DNA of 41,152 bases from a virus. Below are positions 7,225 through 14,415 of the stretch, piece after piece. Made by a program: the position numbers and the translations under genes. Each line of letters starts with the position of its first letter. Position 1 is the stretch's first letter. The stretch spans positions 1-41,152 of the IMG/VR virus record IMGVR_UViG_3300009320_000045; one strand, written 5' to 3'. Under the pieces are notes generated by a model. It was not told the origin of the DNA. It did no database searches and worked only from the letters and a program-made list of their open reading frames with translations.

Positions 7225-7469
7225 TGGGTTGGTTCAGGTTGTCGGTTAAGGGTTGGCGCTGGTGGCATTCGTTCACCCCCCGGGGGCGGGCAATTCGGCG
7301 GTGGTTGCGTTACGCCCAAGACAAAATCGAAAAAAGTATCAATTTGGAGCAAATTCAGAAGTGCAACACAAACGTTTTGCTTTTTGGTCAATGCAATGGG
7401 GATTGTGGAGGGGATTGGCATAAACAAGGCAATGCGCGGATACTTAAACCGACGAGGAAGAAGCAATGA
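7224..7469 (+). CDS. small Trp/Arg-rich protein, 81 aa
   Basis: GGAGGAG lies 7 nt upstream of ATG 7224, an internal start of ORF-track 7155..7469. The stop overlaps the next ATG (ATGA). Confidence 0.4.
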   Translation: MGWFRLSVKGWRWWHSFTPRGRAIRRWLRYAQDKIEKSINLEQIQKCNTNVLLFGQCNGDCGGDWHKQGNARILKPTRKKQ

Positions 7470-7639
7470 ATAGCGGAAGCGGTTTTCCAACTCACCTTCA
7501 GCCCTACGTCAACCTCCTGCTAGAGGCTGGCGCAGAAATGCGATCTCTTGGGCGGGTTCCTTGGTTGGAAGTGGCAACAAGAGAGCCAATGAAAGCTCCT
7601 TCGCCAATCTGTTGCTTTGTTTTGAGGGCTGATTGCTAA
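7466..7639 (+). CDS. micro-ORF, 57 aa (below the ORF-track cut-off)
   Basis: ATG 7466 overlaps the previous stop. Its TAA (7637..7639) overlaps the next ATG (TAATG). Confidence 0.35.
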   Translation: MNSGSGFPTHLQPYVNLLLEAGAEMRSLGRVPWLEVATREPMKAPSPICCFVLRADC

Positions 7640-7818
7640 TGCGCCTCCTCTGCCTGTTCCGTCACCGGCTCACCATCAAGCACATCGAGCGCGCGCGCGG
7701 GATCCGCTATGTGATCCGCTGCCAGCGCTGCGGATGGGTTTGTGTCAAGCGTAATCCCCTTGACGCATGGGTTACGAAGCGGTATCTTAACGGAAAGAGG
7801 AAGGGGGTGAGCGCATGA
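7639..7818 (+). CDS. small basic Cys-containing protein (possible zinc ribbon)
   Basis: ATG 7639; ORF-track 7633 is a TTG. Contains C-x4-H..CQRCG. The stop overlaps the next ATG (ATGA). Confidence 0.45.
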   Translation: MRLLCLFRHRLTIKHIERARGIRYVIRCQRCGWVCVKRNPLDAWVTKRYLNGKRKGVSA

Positions 7819-8057
7819 GGTTGTCGAATGTGGGGCGGGAGATTCAGCGGCTACAAGATTTGGCTGGACTTTCCGATGCAGCACTCGCGGACGAGTTGGG
7901 CGTCCGGGAGAATACGGTCTATCGATGGAAGCGCGGGATTCATAAGATCAAGTGGATCTACCTGCGTCGCTTGCAGGAGTTGGCAAACCAAGGAGGGAAT
8001 CAGGATGGGACAGGAACCAGCAGTACCGAGCGCACATCAAGCAGCTTCCCCGGTTAA
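7815..8057 (+). CDS. XRE/Cro-type helix-turn-helix DNA-binding protein
   Basis: LSDAALADELGVRENTVYRWKRG is a classical HTH_3-type motif. 80 aa with a disordered tail that overlaps the RecT start. Confidence 0.7.
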   Translation: MRLSNVGREIQRLQDLAGLSDAALADELGVRENTVYRWKRGIHKIKWIYLRRLQELANQGGNQDGTGTSSTERTSSSFPG

Positions 8058-9018
8058 GAAATTCAGCCGGGATCAAATCGATTTAATCAAGCGCCAGATT
8101 ATTCCCGGCGCGGACGACGACGACATGAAAATGTTTTTGTACGTCTGCGCTCGGGCAGCGCTTGATCCATTCGCCAGGCAAATCTTCCCGGTGCCGCGCA
8201 ACGTCAAGGAAATCGGACCGGGTGGGAAAGCAATCTGGCGCAAGAAATACACCTACCAGACCTCAATCGACGGTCTGCGCCTGATCGCAGAAAGGAGCGG
8301 TGCCTACGCAGGATCCAGCGACCCGGAGTTTGGTCCGGATTCAACCGAGGAAACGCTCAACATCACAAAACCAATCAGCCACCCGGAGTGGGCGCGGGTA
8401 AGGGTTCAGAAGATGCTCCCTACCGGCGGGACCGTATCCTACACCGGCGTGGTCCGCTGGAGCGAATTCAGGCAGGTCAAGGAGATCAAGCACGAGGATC
8501 CCAAGACCAAGAAATGGGTTGGCTCGGGGGCGTATGAATACATGGGGCTGTGGGAAGATAAGCCCTACCATATGCTGGCCAAGTGCGCCGAAGCTCACGC
8601 GCTGCGCAAGGGGTTCCCCCAGGAAATGGCCGGCCTCTACACCAAAGACGAGCTTCCTGAACTTCGGGAGGCGGTGTCAGTGGCGGAGCCGGCGCGCAAG
8701 TCGGAGCAGATCGCGCAGCAGCCACCCAAGAATAAGGCACACAAGCACACCCCATGGCACGACAAGCTCTATGAGGCGGTCCTTGCCGCTGTAGATGGCA
8801 ACAAGGAGCAAGCGGCCTTTGAGCTTGAGCGCGCCACCACCTACCGGGACGATGCCGGCAACATCATCCCTGGTGAGCGGGACATCCAGAACGTGGATCC
8901 CACGGTGGCGGAGTGGGCGGTAAAGCGCCTGGAGGCCGAGAGCGCACCGCCGGCAGCAGCAGCAGAAGGGGAACCGTCAGATGCGGCGCCGAAGATCGAC
9001 AGCCCCTTCAAAGAATAA
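8005..9018 (+). CDS. recT: RecT/Bet-family single-strand annealing protein
   Basis: AAGGAGGG RBS precedes ATG 8005; the ORF-track N-terminal extension from 7828 is rejected. IDLIKRQI..DDDMKMFLYVCARAALDPFARQIF..YQTSIDGLRLIAERSGAY matches the RecT family core. Confidence 0.75.
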   Translation: MGQEPAVPSAHQAASPVKKFSRDQIDLIKRQIIPGADDDDMKMFLYVCARAALDPFARQIFPVPRNVKEIGPGGKAIWRKKYTYQTSIDGLRLIAERSGAYAGSSDPEFGPDSTEETLNITKPISHPEWARVRVQKMLPTGGTVSYTGVVRWSEFRQVKEIKHEDPKTKKWVGSGAYEYMGLWEDKPYHMLAKCAEAHALRKGFPQEMAGLYTKDELPELREAVSVAEPARKSEQIAQQPPKNKAHKHTPWHDKLYEAVLAAVDGNKEQAAFELERATTYRDDAGNIIPGERDIQNVDPTVAEWAVKRLEAESAPPAAAAEGEPSDAAPKIDSPFKE

Positions 9019-9574
9019 GCTCCGGATCGATCCGGACCATAGGTACTGGCTTGGGTCCAGGCGTTTCGTAGGGAATACAGAATGTCTGTGGATCTGCCGG
9101 CTCATCAACGACCAGCACTATAATGACTATGTGCGAAGTCGGGGGACGGCGGTACACAGAGCGTGTGAATACTACGACGATAACGACCTGGACCCAGGCA
9201 CCCTTGATCCGCGCATCGTGGGTTATGTCCAGGCATACTTGAGATTCCTCCGGGAATCCCGGTTCAAGGTCAGGGCAACGGAGAAGATGGTCTGCAACAA
9301 GGTCTATGGATTCGCCACCACCATTGACAGGCAGGGGCGCTTTCCCCAGGCCAAGCGAAAGGCAATCGTAGAGCTTAAGACAGGTCCGGTTGAGGACTGG
9401 ATGGGTCTGCAAACAGCCGGGCATGACATAGCGATGGGTGGAGGGCATGACCGTTACGTCCTCCAATTGATGAACAGCGGCTACTACCGGCTGCACTCCT
9501 TTAAGGATCCGGGGGACCACAAGATTTTCCTGGCAGCGGTGGCCGTAGCAAACTGGAGGTTAAATCACCAATGA
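8981..9574 (+). CDS. PD-(D/E)XK exonuclease (recombination partner of RecT)
   Basis: DPDHRYWLG..SRGTAVHRACE..TTIDRQG..AIVELKTG gives a D..ExK layout typical of RecB/YqaJ-like phage exonucleases. It sits directly after RecT. Confidence 0.6.
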   Translation: MRRRRSTAPSKNKLRIDPDHRYWLGSRRFVGNTECLWICRLINDQHYNDYVRSRGTAVHRACEYYDDNDLDPGTLDPRIVGYVQAYLRFLRESRFKVRATEKMVCNKVYGFATTIDRQGRFPQAKRKAIVELKTGPVEDWMGLQTAGHDIAMGGGHDRYVLQLMNSGYYRLHSFKDPGDHKIFLAAVAVANWRLNHQ

Positions 9575-10134
9575 AGAAATCAGGCAAGTTGGAGGTTGTG
9601 AAGAAGGAGGCCGCAACAGTATTGAGGCAAGCCCAGGCACTCGAGATCAAGGACAATCCCACCTGCGAGCGCGCCGGCGGGATGCTCAATCGGATCAAGG
9701 AGCTTCGCGCCATGATCGCTGAGTGGATCGACCCGGTGATCCGCAAGGCGCACGAAGCCCACCTGGAGGCGGTCAAGGCCAAGCGGCAGAAGGAAGCCCC
9801 GCTCATTGAGATCGAGCGGATCATCAAACCGAAGATTGCCGGCTACCTCAAGCTCCAGGAGGAGAGGGAAGCCAAGCAGCAAGCGGAGCTTCAAAAGAAA
9901 GCCGCCCGGGGGGTGCCGGTGGTGCTGCCGCAGGACGGTCCGAAGATGGAGAACATTTCCAAGCGGTCCCTCTGGCGCTTCAAGATCGTGGATCTCAACA
10001 AGATCCCGCGCCAGTACCTTGTCCCCGACCACCGGAAGATTCAGCAGGTAGTCCAAGCCCTCAAGGATCAGACCCCCATCCAGGGGATCGAGGTCTACGA
10101 GGAAACGGTTGTGGCCGCGGGAGTGGGGCGATGA
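9571..10134 (+). CDS. coiled-coil protein of unknown function (recombination or replication accessory?)
   Basis: ATGA coupling. 187 aa. A helical N-terminal half is followed by the C-terminal segment WRFKIVDLNKIPRQYLVPD..IQGIEVYEE. Family not recognised with confidence. Confidence 0.6.
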   Translation: MKKSGKLEVVKKEAATVLRQAQALEIKDNPTCERAGGMLNRIKELRAMIAEWIDPVIRKAHEAHLEAVKAKRQKEAPLIEIERIIKPKIAGYLKLQEEREAKQQAELQKKAARGVPVVLPQDGPKMENISKRSLWRFKIVDLNKIPRQYLVPDHRKIQQVVQALKDQTPIQGIEVYEETVVAAGVGR

Positions 10135-10361
10135 AAACAGTCCCCTGTAAGGGTTGTGGCAAACCTATCGTGTTTGCAAAGCTCAAAGATGGCTCATATG
10201 TTCCGCTGGATCCAAAGCCGCCTGTTTATGCGGTTGGGGATTTAGAGGGCATTGGTGGCCATGGCGTAGTTGCATCGCGCGTACCCGATACTCTCATGGT
10301 GACACATTTCGCTACCTGTCCCGAAGCCAACCGATTCAGCAAAGGGAGAAAAAAATCATGA
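10131..10361 (+). CDS. small zinc-binding-like protein
   Basis: ATGA coupling. Contains CKGCGKPIVF..HFATCPE, a four-ligand arrangement. Confidence 0.6.
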   Translation: MKTVPCKGCGKPIVFAKLKDGSYVPLDPKPPVYAVGDLEGIGGHGVVASRVPDTLMVTHFATCPEANRFSKGRKKS

Positions 10362-11050
10362 TGAAGCTCTCGCCGACTGCGCTCCAGCTTTTCGACAAAT
10401 GCCCCAGATGTTTCTACCTGGAGAAAGTCCTTAACGTCCCGCGCCCTCGCGGTATTTTCCCTTCGCTGCCCGGCGGGATGGACAAGGTTATCAAGGGAAT
10501 GTTTGACCAGTTTCGAGAAGGTGGTGGGATCCCCGACGGATTCCCAAAAGGCGTTTCTCTCTACGCGGACCAGCGGATGCTCAACCGGTGGAGGAATTGG
10601 CGCACTGGCCTGATCTTTGAAGAAGATGGCGTGGTTCTCTCTGGTGCGCTTGACGACTTGGCACTTGAAAAAGGCGGCGCCGTTTCTCCGGTTGACTACA
10701 AGACGCGCGGCTACCCTCTCAAAGACGATGCAAATCCGGCAGAATATTATCAGATCCAGTTGGATTCCTATGCTCTGATGGCACAGCGGGGCGCCAACTA
10801 TGCTCCGTCTGGTCGAGGATTTCTGGTTTACTTCTGGCCGCTATCCGGAGAGCTTCCGGAGATTCCAGACCTGGCCGTGTTCTGGAATTTTCCGTTTCAG
10901 GTGCGGGTCTATGAGATCGAGGTTAATCCGGATCGCGCCAGGGAGTTGCTTCACAAAGCACATGAATGTTTGAACCTAGCCACTGCGCCCGACAATCTTG
11001 AGGGATGCGAATACTGCCAATATCTGAGCGACGCCAAAACAATCGCTTGA
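10358..11050 (+). CDS. Cas4-like PD-(D/E)XK nuclease with a probable Fe-S cluster
   Basis: ATG 10358 overlaps the previous stop. N-terminal CPRC, then LDDLALE..VDYKTRG (D..DxK), then YQIQLDSY (QxxxY), then C-terminal HEC..GCEYC cysteines. Confidence 0.65.
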   Translation: MMKLSPTALQLFDKCPRCFYLEKVLNVPRPRGIFPSLPGGMDKVIKGMFDQFREGGGIPDGFPKGVSLYADQRMLNRWRNWRTGLIFEEDGVVLSGALDDLALEKGGAVSPVDYKTRGYPLKDDANPAEYYQIQLDSYALMAQRGANYAPSGRGFLVYFWPLSGELPEIPDLAVFWNFPFQVRVYEIEVNPDRARELLHKAHECLNLATAPDNLEGCEYCQYLSDAKTIA

Positions 11051-11056
11051 TGAATC

Positions 11057-11443
11057 ATGGCGCAAGGAAAGCGAACATACATCGTCGGCCTCAGAACCGG
11101 CATTTTGGATCCGAAGCACGTCAATGGGATCGGTCCTGCGATATGGGAGTTCATGTGGTGCGTGGACCGGACCACGAAAGAGGAAAACCATGATGGGGCG
11201 TTGTGGGGCAAGGTCCTGGGTGGCAAGGTGGTGACTTGCGAGAAGATCCGCGCGGACCTGGGGACCAGCGAAAGAACGGTGCGCCGGCACATGGATCGGC
11301 TGGAAAAGAAGCGGTACATCCGGACCAAAAGGACCCTCCATGGCATCACCATTGAGGTCCGAAACTCTCAGCGGAACTTCGATGCCCACAGCGCAAAGAG
11401 AACTCTGAGGCGCATGGCAAGCCGAATTGGGAGCAAGCGTTAA
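11057..11443 (+). CDS. winged-helix DNA-binding protein, candidate replication initiator / iteron binder
   Basis: IRADLGTSERTVRRHMDRLEKKRYIRTKRT..GITIEV is a wHTH signature. The gene ends 17 nt before the DnaA-box/iteron cluster. Confidence 0.55.
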   Translation: MAQGKRTYIVGLRTGILDPKHVNGIGPAIWEFMWCVDRTTKEENHDGALWGKVLGGKVVTCEKIRADLGTSERTVRRHMDRLEKKRYIRTKRTLHGITIEVRNSQRNFDAHSAKRTLRRMASRIGSKR

Positions 11444-11459
11444 TGGTAACGCCAAAAAC

Positions 11460-11529
11460 GAGTTATCCACAGGATAAACCATTGGGGCGCAAAGGGAAAC
11501 TGAGTTATCCACAGGGAGTTATCAACAGG
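11460..11529. promoter_or_regulatory. DnaA-box cluster (three boxes)
   Basis: GAGTTATCCACAGG occurs at 11460..11473 and 11502..11515; GAGTTATCAACAGG occurs at 11516..11529. The cores are TTATCCACA (twice, perfect consensus) and TTATCAACA. Confidence 0.75.
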
Positions 11530-11540
11530 TGCTTCATTCC

Positions 11541-11606
11541 GGACAAAAGTGGCCGGAATGACGGACAAAAGTGGCCGGAATGACGGACAAAAGTGGCCGG
11601 AATGAC
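11541..11606. repeat. three perfect tandem 22-bp iterons
   Basis: GGACAAAAGTGGCCGGAATGAC occurs three times at 11541..11562, 11563..11584 and 11585..11606. The first copy sits within the inverted repeat CATTCCGG-N10-CCGGAATG. Confidence 0.85.
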
Positions 11607-11683
11607 TTTTGTAATTGCCCTGATTGCAATGGGTTGCAAAAGCGTGTCCGGGGCATTTGACCGAAGCAATATAGACCGAACAG

Positions 11684-11755
11684 AAGTCAAGATTTTACAA
11701 AAGAGTTTAGAAAGTGAAACCTTAAAGATTTTCCAAATCAGGAGATGATGAAATA
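11684..11755. other. AT-rich segment with two 13-mers (candidate DNA unwinding element)
   Basis: AAGATTTTACAAA (11689..11701) and AAGATTTTCCAAA (11725..11737) lie in the most AT-rich stretch of the window, directly after the iterons. Confidence 0.5.
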
Positions 11756-12286
11756 ATGGCAGACCTGACTAGAGTATATCTTCATGTTGAATGCGAAATA
11801 TGTGGAGAAATCTATGCACAGCAGGAGAGGGTACACCAAAAAGCGAAATGGAAAAATCGGTGCAGGTCACACCGGAGAGCGGTCAATTTATGCCGCGGAT
11901 GCGGAAAAGAGATTTATAGGACATCAAAGAAATGTAAAAGCTGCGCCCAAATAATAAGAAAGCCCAAGGTATGCCTTTGTTGTGGAACGCCAATATCCTA
12001 TAAAGCAAAAATTTGTCTCCGCTGCCACAACAGATTTCAAGATCGCGGGAAGTCAAGGGAGCGCACAAAATTCCAAAACTCAAGACCCTGGATGGAGGTA
12101 CGAGAACGATGCTTCGAGAGAGACAGATACCAATGTCAGCGGTGTGGCAGGAGCCGAGGCGGAGTAGTGCTAAACGCACACCACATCAAACCGTGGAAAT
12201 CGCACAAAGACGGCAGGTTAAAGCTCGAGAACCTCATCACTTTATGCAAGCCGTGTCACTACTCTGTGCATTGGGGTTGCTTATAA
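11756..12286 (+). CDS. HNH endonuclease with N-terminal multi-CxxC zinc ribbons
   Basis: CQRCG..LNAHHIKPW..NLITLCKPCHYSVH is an HNH motif. Five additional CxxC pairs lie upstream. The 5' half is visibly AT-richer than its neighbours. Confidence 0.8.
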   Translation: MADLTRVYLHVECEICGEIYAQQERVHQKAKWKNRCRSHRRAVNLCRGCGKEIYRTSKKCKSCAQIIRKPKVCLCCGTPISYKAKICLRCHNRFQDRGKSRERTKFQNSRPWMEVRERCFERDRYQCQRCGRSRGGVVLNAHHIKPWKSHKDGRLKLENLITLCKPCHYSVHWGCL

Positions 12287-12606
12287 GCGCGCCGGCTCAT
12301 GCAGCGACTGCCTCCTGGTTCAGCCGCGAAAGTTGCCTCCGGGAGGGGACATCCGGGATTATGGCAAACGGCATGAAGCTAGAAGATGATTACCTGATCT
12401 GCGCCTCATGGGATTACCCGCTCGGGACATGGCTGCGAGTCCGGGCGAACGGCAAAGAAGTGATCGTGATTGTCGCAGACCGGGGACCGAACCGAGCGCT
12501 CTACCGGCAAGGCAGGGTGTTGGATCTGAGCGCGAGAGCGTTTAAGCGATTATCTCCCCTGTCTGCTGGCTTGGTGGAACTTGATAGCGTGGAGGTATTA
12601 TCGTGA
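12244..12606 (+). CDS. secreted RlpA-like double-psi beta-barrel protein (candidate lytic transglycosylase / endolysin)
   Basis: Internal ATG 12244 of ORF-track 12013..12606. Signal peptide MQAVSLLCALGLLISAPAHA|AT. ASWFS..TSGIMANGMKL..ICASWDYPLGTWLRVRANGKEVIVIVADRGP matches the RlpA/DPBB core. Confidence 0.6.
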   Translation: MQAVSLLCALGLLISAPAHAATASWFSRESCLREGTSGIMANGMKLEDDYLICASWDYPLGTWLRVRANGKEVIVIVADRGPNRALYRQGRVLDLSARAFKRLSPLSAGLVELDSVEVLS

Positions 12607-12730
12607 CAAGCTGCCCGGGTCCGGGCTTAGCTGTGGAGCATCTGTAGTGACAGCTTTCATCTATCCAAAAGCTGCGATTGAAGCTATGGCAGATCCTCGT
12701 GTTCGGGAGTTGTTGAGAAAGGAACGGTCT

Positions 12731-12976
12731 ATGAACAGGCAGATTAAGTTTAGGGCGTGGGATGGGGAAAAACTTTACTATTCAGATCAAGCAGGTTTAG
12801 AGGAATTTTTCTCTAATGGGTTCGATAATGTCATGCAATTCACCGGACTCAAGGACAAGAATGGGGCTGGTCCTGTGTTTTCTCTTTCTTGTCTTGCTCG
12901 TCAAGGTCGAACTTTATGTTTTTGGTTGGCTCAGGGACGTGAATCGGGTAAGACGCACTGCCCTTACGATGGATAA
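12731..12976 (+). CDS. YopX-like N-terminal domain protein, apparently truncated
   Basis: AAAGGA RBS 7 nt upstream of ATG 12731. MNRQIKFRAWDGEKLYY..MQFTGLKDKNG matches the YopX N-terminus, but the expected continuation is absent in every frame. Confidence 0.45.
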   Translation: MNRQIKFRAWDGEKLYYSDQAGLEEFFSNGFDNVMQFTGLKDKNGAGPVFSLSCLARQGRTLCFWLAQGRESGKTHCPYDG

Positions 12977-13088
12977 CACTCTCGAGCTTTATCAATTCAA
13001 TTTAGTCAATGGCAGCAAACTCTTTACCGAGGATGGCCGGGAGCTTTCGTTTATTGCTTTCGTAAAGAAGGAGCAAGCAGATGAGTGA
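12969..13088 (+). CDS. micro-ORF, 39 aa
   Basis: ATG 12969 overlaps the previous stop by 8 nt, and its own stop overlaps ATG 13081 by 8 nt, so it bridges an otherwise 104-nt gap. Confidence 0.3.
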   Translation: MDNTLELYQFNLVNGSKLFTEDGRELSFIAFVKKEQADE

Positions 13089-13497
13089 GCAACCAGAAGC
13101 ACAGCAGAGGGCGAGGGAGGAGGCGGAGAAGTTCCACGACACTTACGAACGACTTGCCCCATCCTTCGGATACGAAACCAGGAAAGACACCAAGCGCTTT
13201 GATCCAGAAAGCTCCAATGGGAAACTGATGGTTGCTGTCTGCCAAGAAATCCTCCAACCGTTGTATGAGGAGGTTGGGCGGTTGAGAAAGCTACACTCTC
13301 ATGCCCTCAAAGCTATGAGGCTTGGGAATGAAGCAGCGGTTGATTACGAACAAGCCATCAGCATCTTGGTGGGGGCGTTGGAACTTATCAGAAATTACCC
13401 ACACATTAAAGAAAAAATCGGATCAGAACTAACAGATTTAACTGACCAAGCCCTCCAGAATCCCACCGTGCAGAGTGTGAGGGGGAAGGGGGAATGA
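13081..13497 (+). CDS. hypothetical protein
   Basis: GGAG RBS. 138 aa. Contains AEKFHDTYERLAPSFGYETRKDT. No family recognised. Confidence 0.65.
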   Translation: MSEQPEAQQRAREEAEKFHDTYERLAPSFGYETRKDTKRFDPESSNGKLMVAVCQEILQPLYEEVGRLRKLHSHALKAMRLGNEAAVDYEQAISILVGALELIRNYPHIKEKIGSELTDLTDQALQNPTVQSVRGKGE

Positions 13498-14018
13498 GAT
13501 TCATAAAAATTGACGAGCAGATCCAGCGCGAAGCCGAAGAAGCTGCCGGCAAGATTCTGTCCAGGAGAAAGATCAAGCGCAAGCCCAACTACACCGGCCT
13601 GTCCCACCCGGACCGCTTCCTGACCGGATACCTCGGGGAGTTTTGCTTCAAGAAGATTTTGGAGCAGGAGAAGATCCGGCACCTGTACCGGATCTGTACC
13701 AGCGGCAAAAGCCAGCGCAGCGAGTTCATTCTTTTTTCGCAAGGATGCTCAGTCACCACGGATGTCAAGACAGCATCCAAGCCGCACCATACCAACCTGA
13801 TGATGCCGGTGACGCAATTCGCTGCACACGACACCACCGGCATTTTTGTGGCGGCTAGGATCGTCAACGGATTCTGTGAGTTTCATGGATTCGCGGACCG
13901 CATCATGATGATGCAGGTGCGGGAGAAAAGTTTTGGCTATGTTCCAACCCTGGCGGTTCCGTTTTACCGGCTCAGAACAATGGACGACCTTTTCCGGTTT
14001 GCAGACCATGAACCGTAG
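13494..14018 (+). CDS. hypothetical protein, possible PD-(D/E)XK-like nuclease
   Basis: ATGA coupling. GYLGEFCFKKIL followed by SEFILF..TTDVKT resembles an E..DxK nuclease core. Tentative. Confidence 0.6.
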   Translation: MRFIKIDEQIQREAEEAAGKILSRRKIKRKPNYTGLSHPDRFLTGYLGEFCFKKILEQEKIRHLYRICTSGKSQRSEFILFSQGCSVTTDVKTASKPHHTNLMMPVTQFAAHDTTGIFVAARIVNGFCEFHGFADRIMMMQVREKSFGYVPTLAVPFYRLRTMDDLFRFADHEP

Positions 14019-14136
14019 AAAAACTTGCTGGACTTATCCGGCGCTCCTATTGATCCTGCTGTTCGGCGCGGGGTTCACTTTGCGCCCCCAACAGTGGGGT
14101 GAGGTTAAATTAAACAAAGGAGGAAACGATGAGTGA
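14008..14136 (+). CDS. small membrane protein, 42 aa
   Basis: Internal ATG of ORF-track 13933..14136. Basic N-terminus plus a TM segment (YPALLLILLFGAGFTL). It bridges two genes with short overlaps. Confidence 0.35.
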   Translation: MNRRKTCWTYPALLLILLFGAGFTLRPQQWGEVKLNKGGNDE

Positions 14137-14410
14137 TTCAATTGGTAAACCAGTGTTGGTTACTACCGAGTTTCGAGGTGTGTTCTTTGGGTATCTTAAG
14201 GAGCAGGATGGGAGAGAATCTTTAACTCTTACCAAAGCAAGGAACTGTATCTACTGGTCGTCTGACGTGGGTGGGTTCTTAGGATTGGCGTCTAAGGGGC
14301 CATCTGATAGTTGTAAAATTGGGACGTTGGTGGATGAACTAACAATCTACAAGATTACCAGTATTACCCCTGTCTCTAAAGAGGCGGCAGCAAAATGGCT
14401 CAACGCATAG
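14129..14410 (+). CDS. conserved-looking hypothetical protein
   Basis: AAAGGAGGA RBS. 93 aa. Contains VLVTTEFRGVFFGYL..ARNCIYWSSDVGGFLGLASKGP. Confidence 0.7.
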   Translation: MSDSIGKPVLVTTEFRGVFFGYLKEQDGRESLTLTKARNCIYWSSDVGGFLGLASKGPSDSCKIGTLVDELTIYKITSITPVSKEAAAKWLNA

Positions 14411-14415
14411 AGGTT

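Noticed and set aside
7038-7490. 150-aa minus-strand ORF across the early micro-ORF region
   Set aside because: Its sequence is Pro/Ser-rich and implausible, and it has no RBS. The + strand holds a continuous chain of coupled ORFs over the same interval.
7815-8057. A lysogeny switch (CI/Cro) implying a temperate phage
   Set aside because: There is a single HTH gene on the same strand as everything else. No divergent promoter region, integrase, excisionase or partition genes were found. Lifestyle cannot be called from this evidence.
11541-11606. Possible CRISPR array (22-bp direct repeats)
   Set aside because: The three copies are contiguous with no spacers. They sit between DnaA boxes and an AT-rich block, and no cas genes accompany them, so they are iterons.
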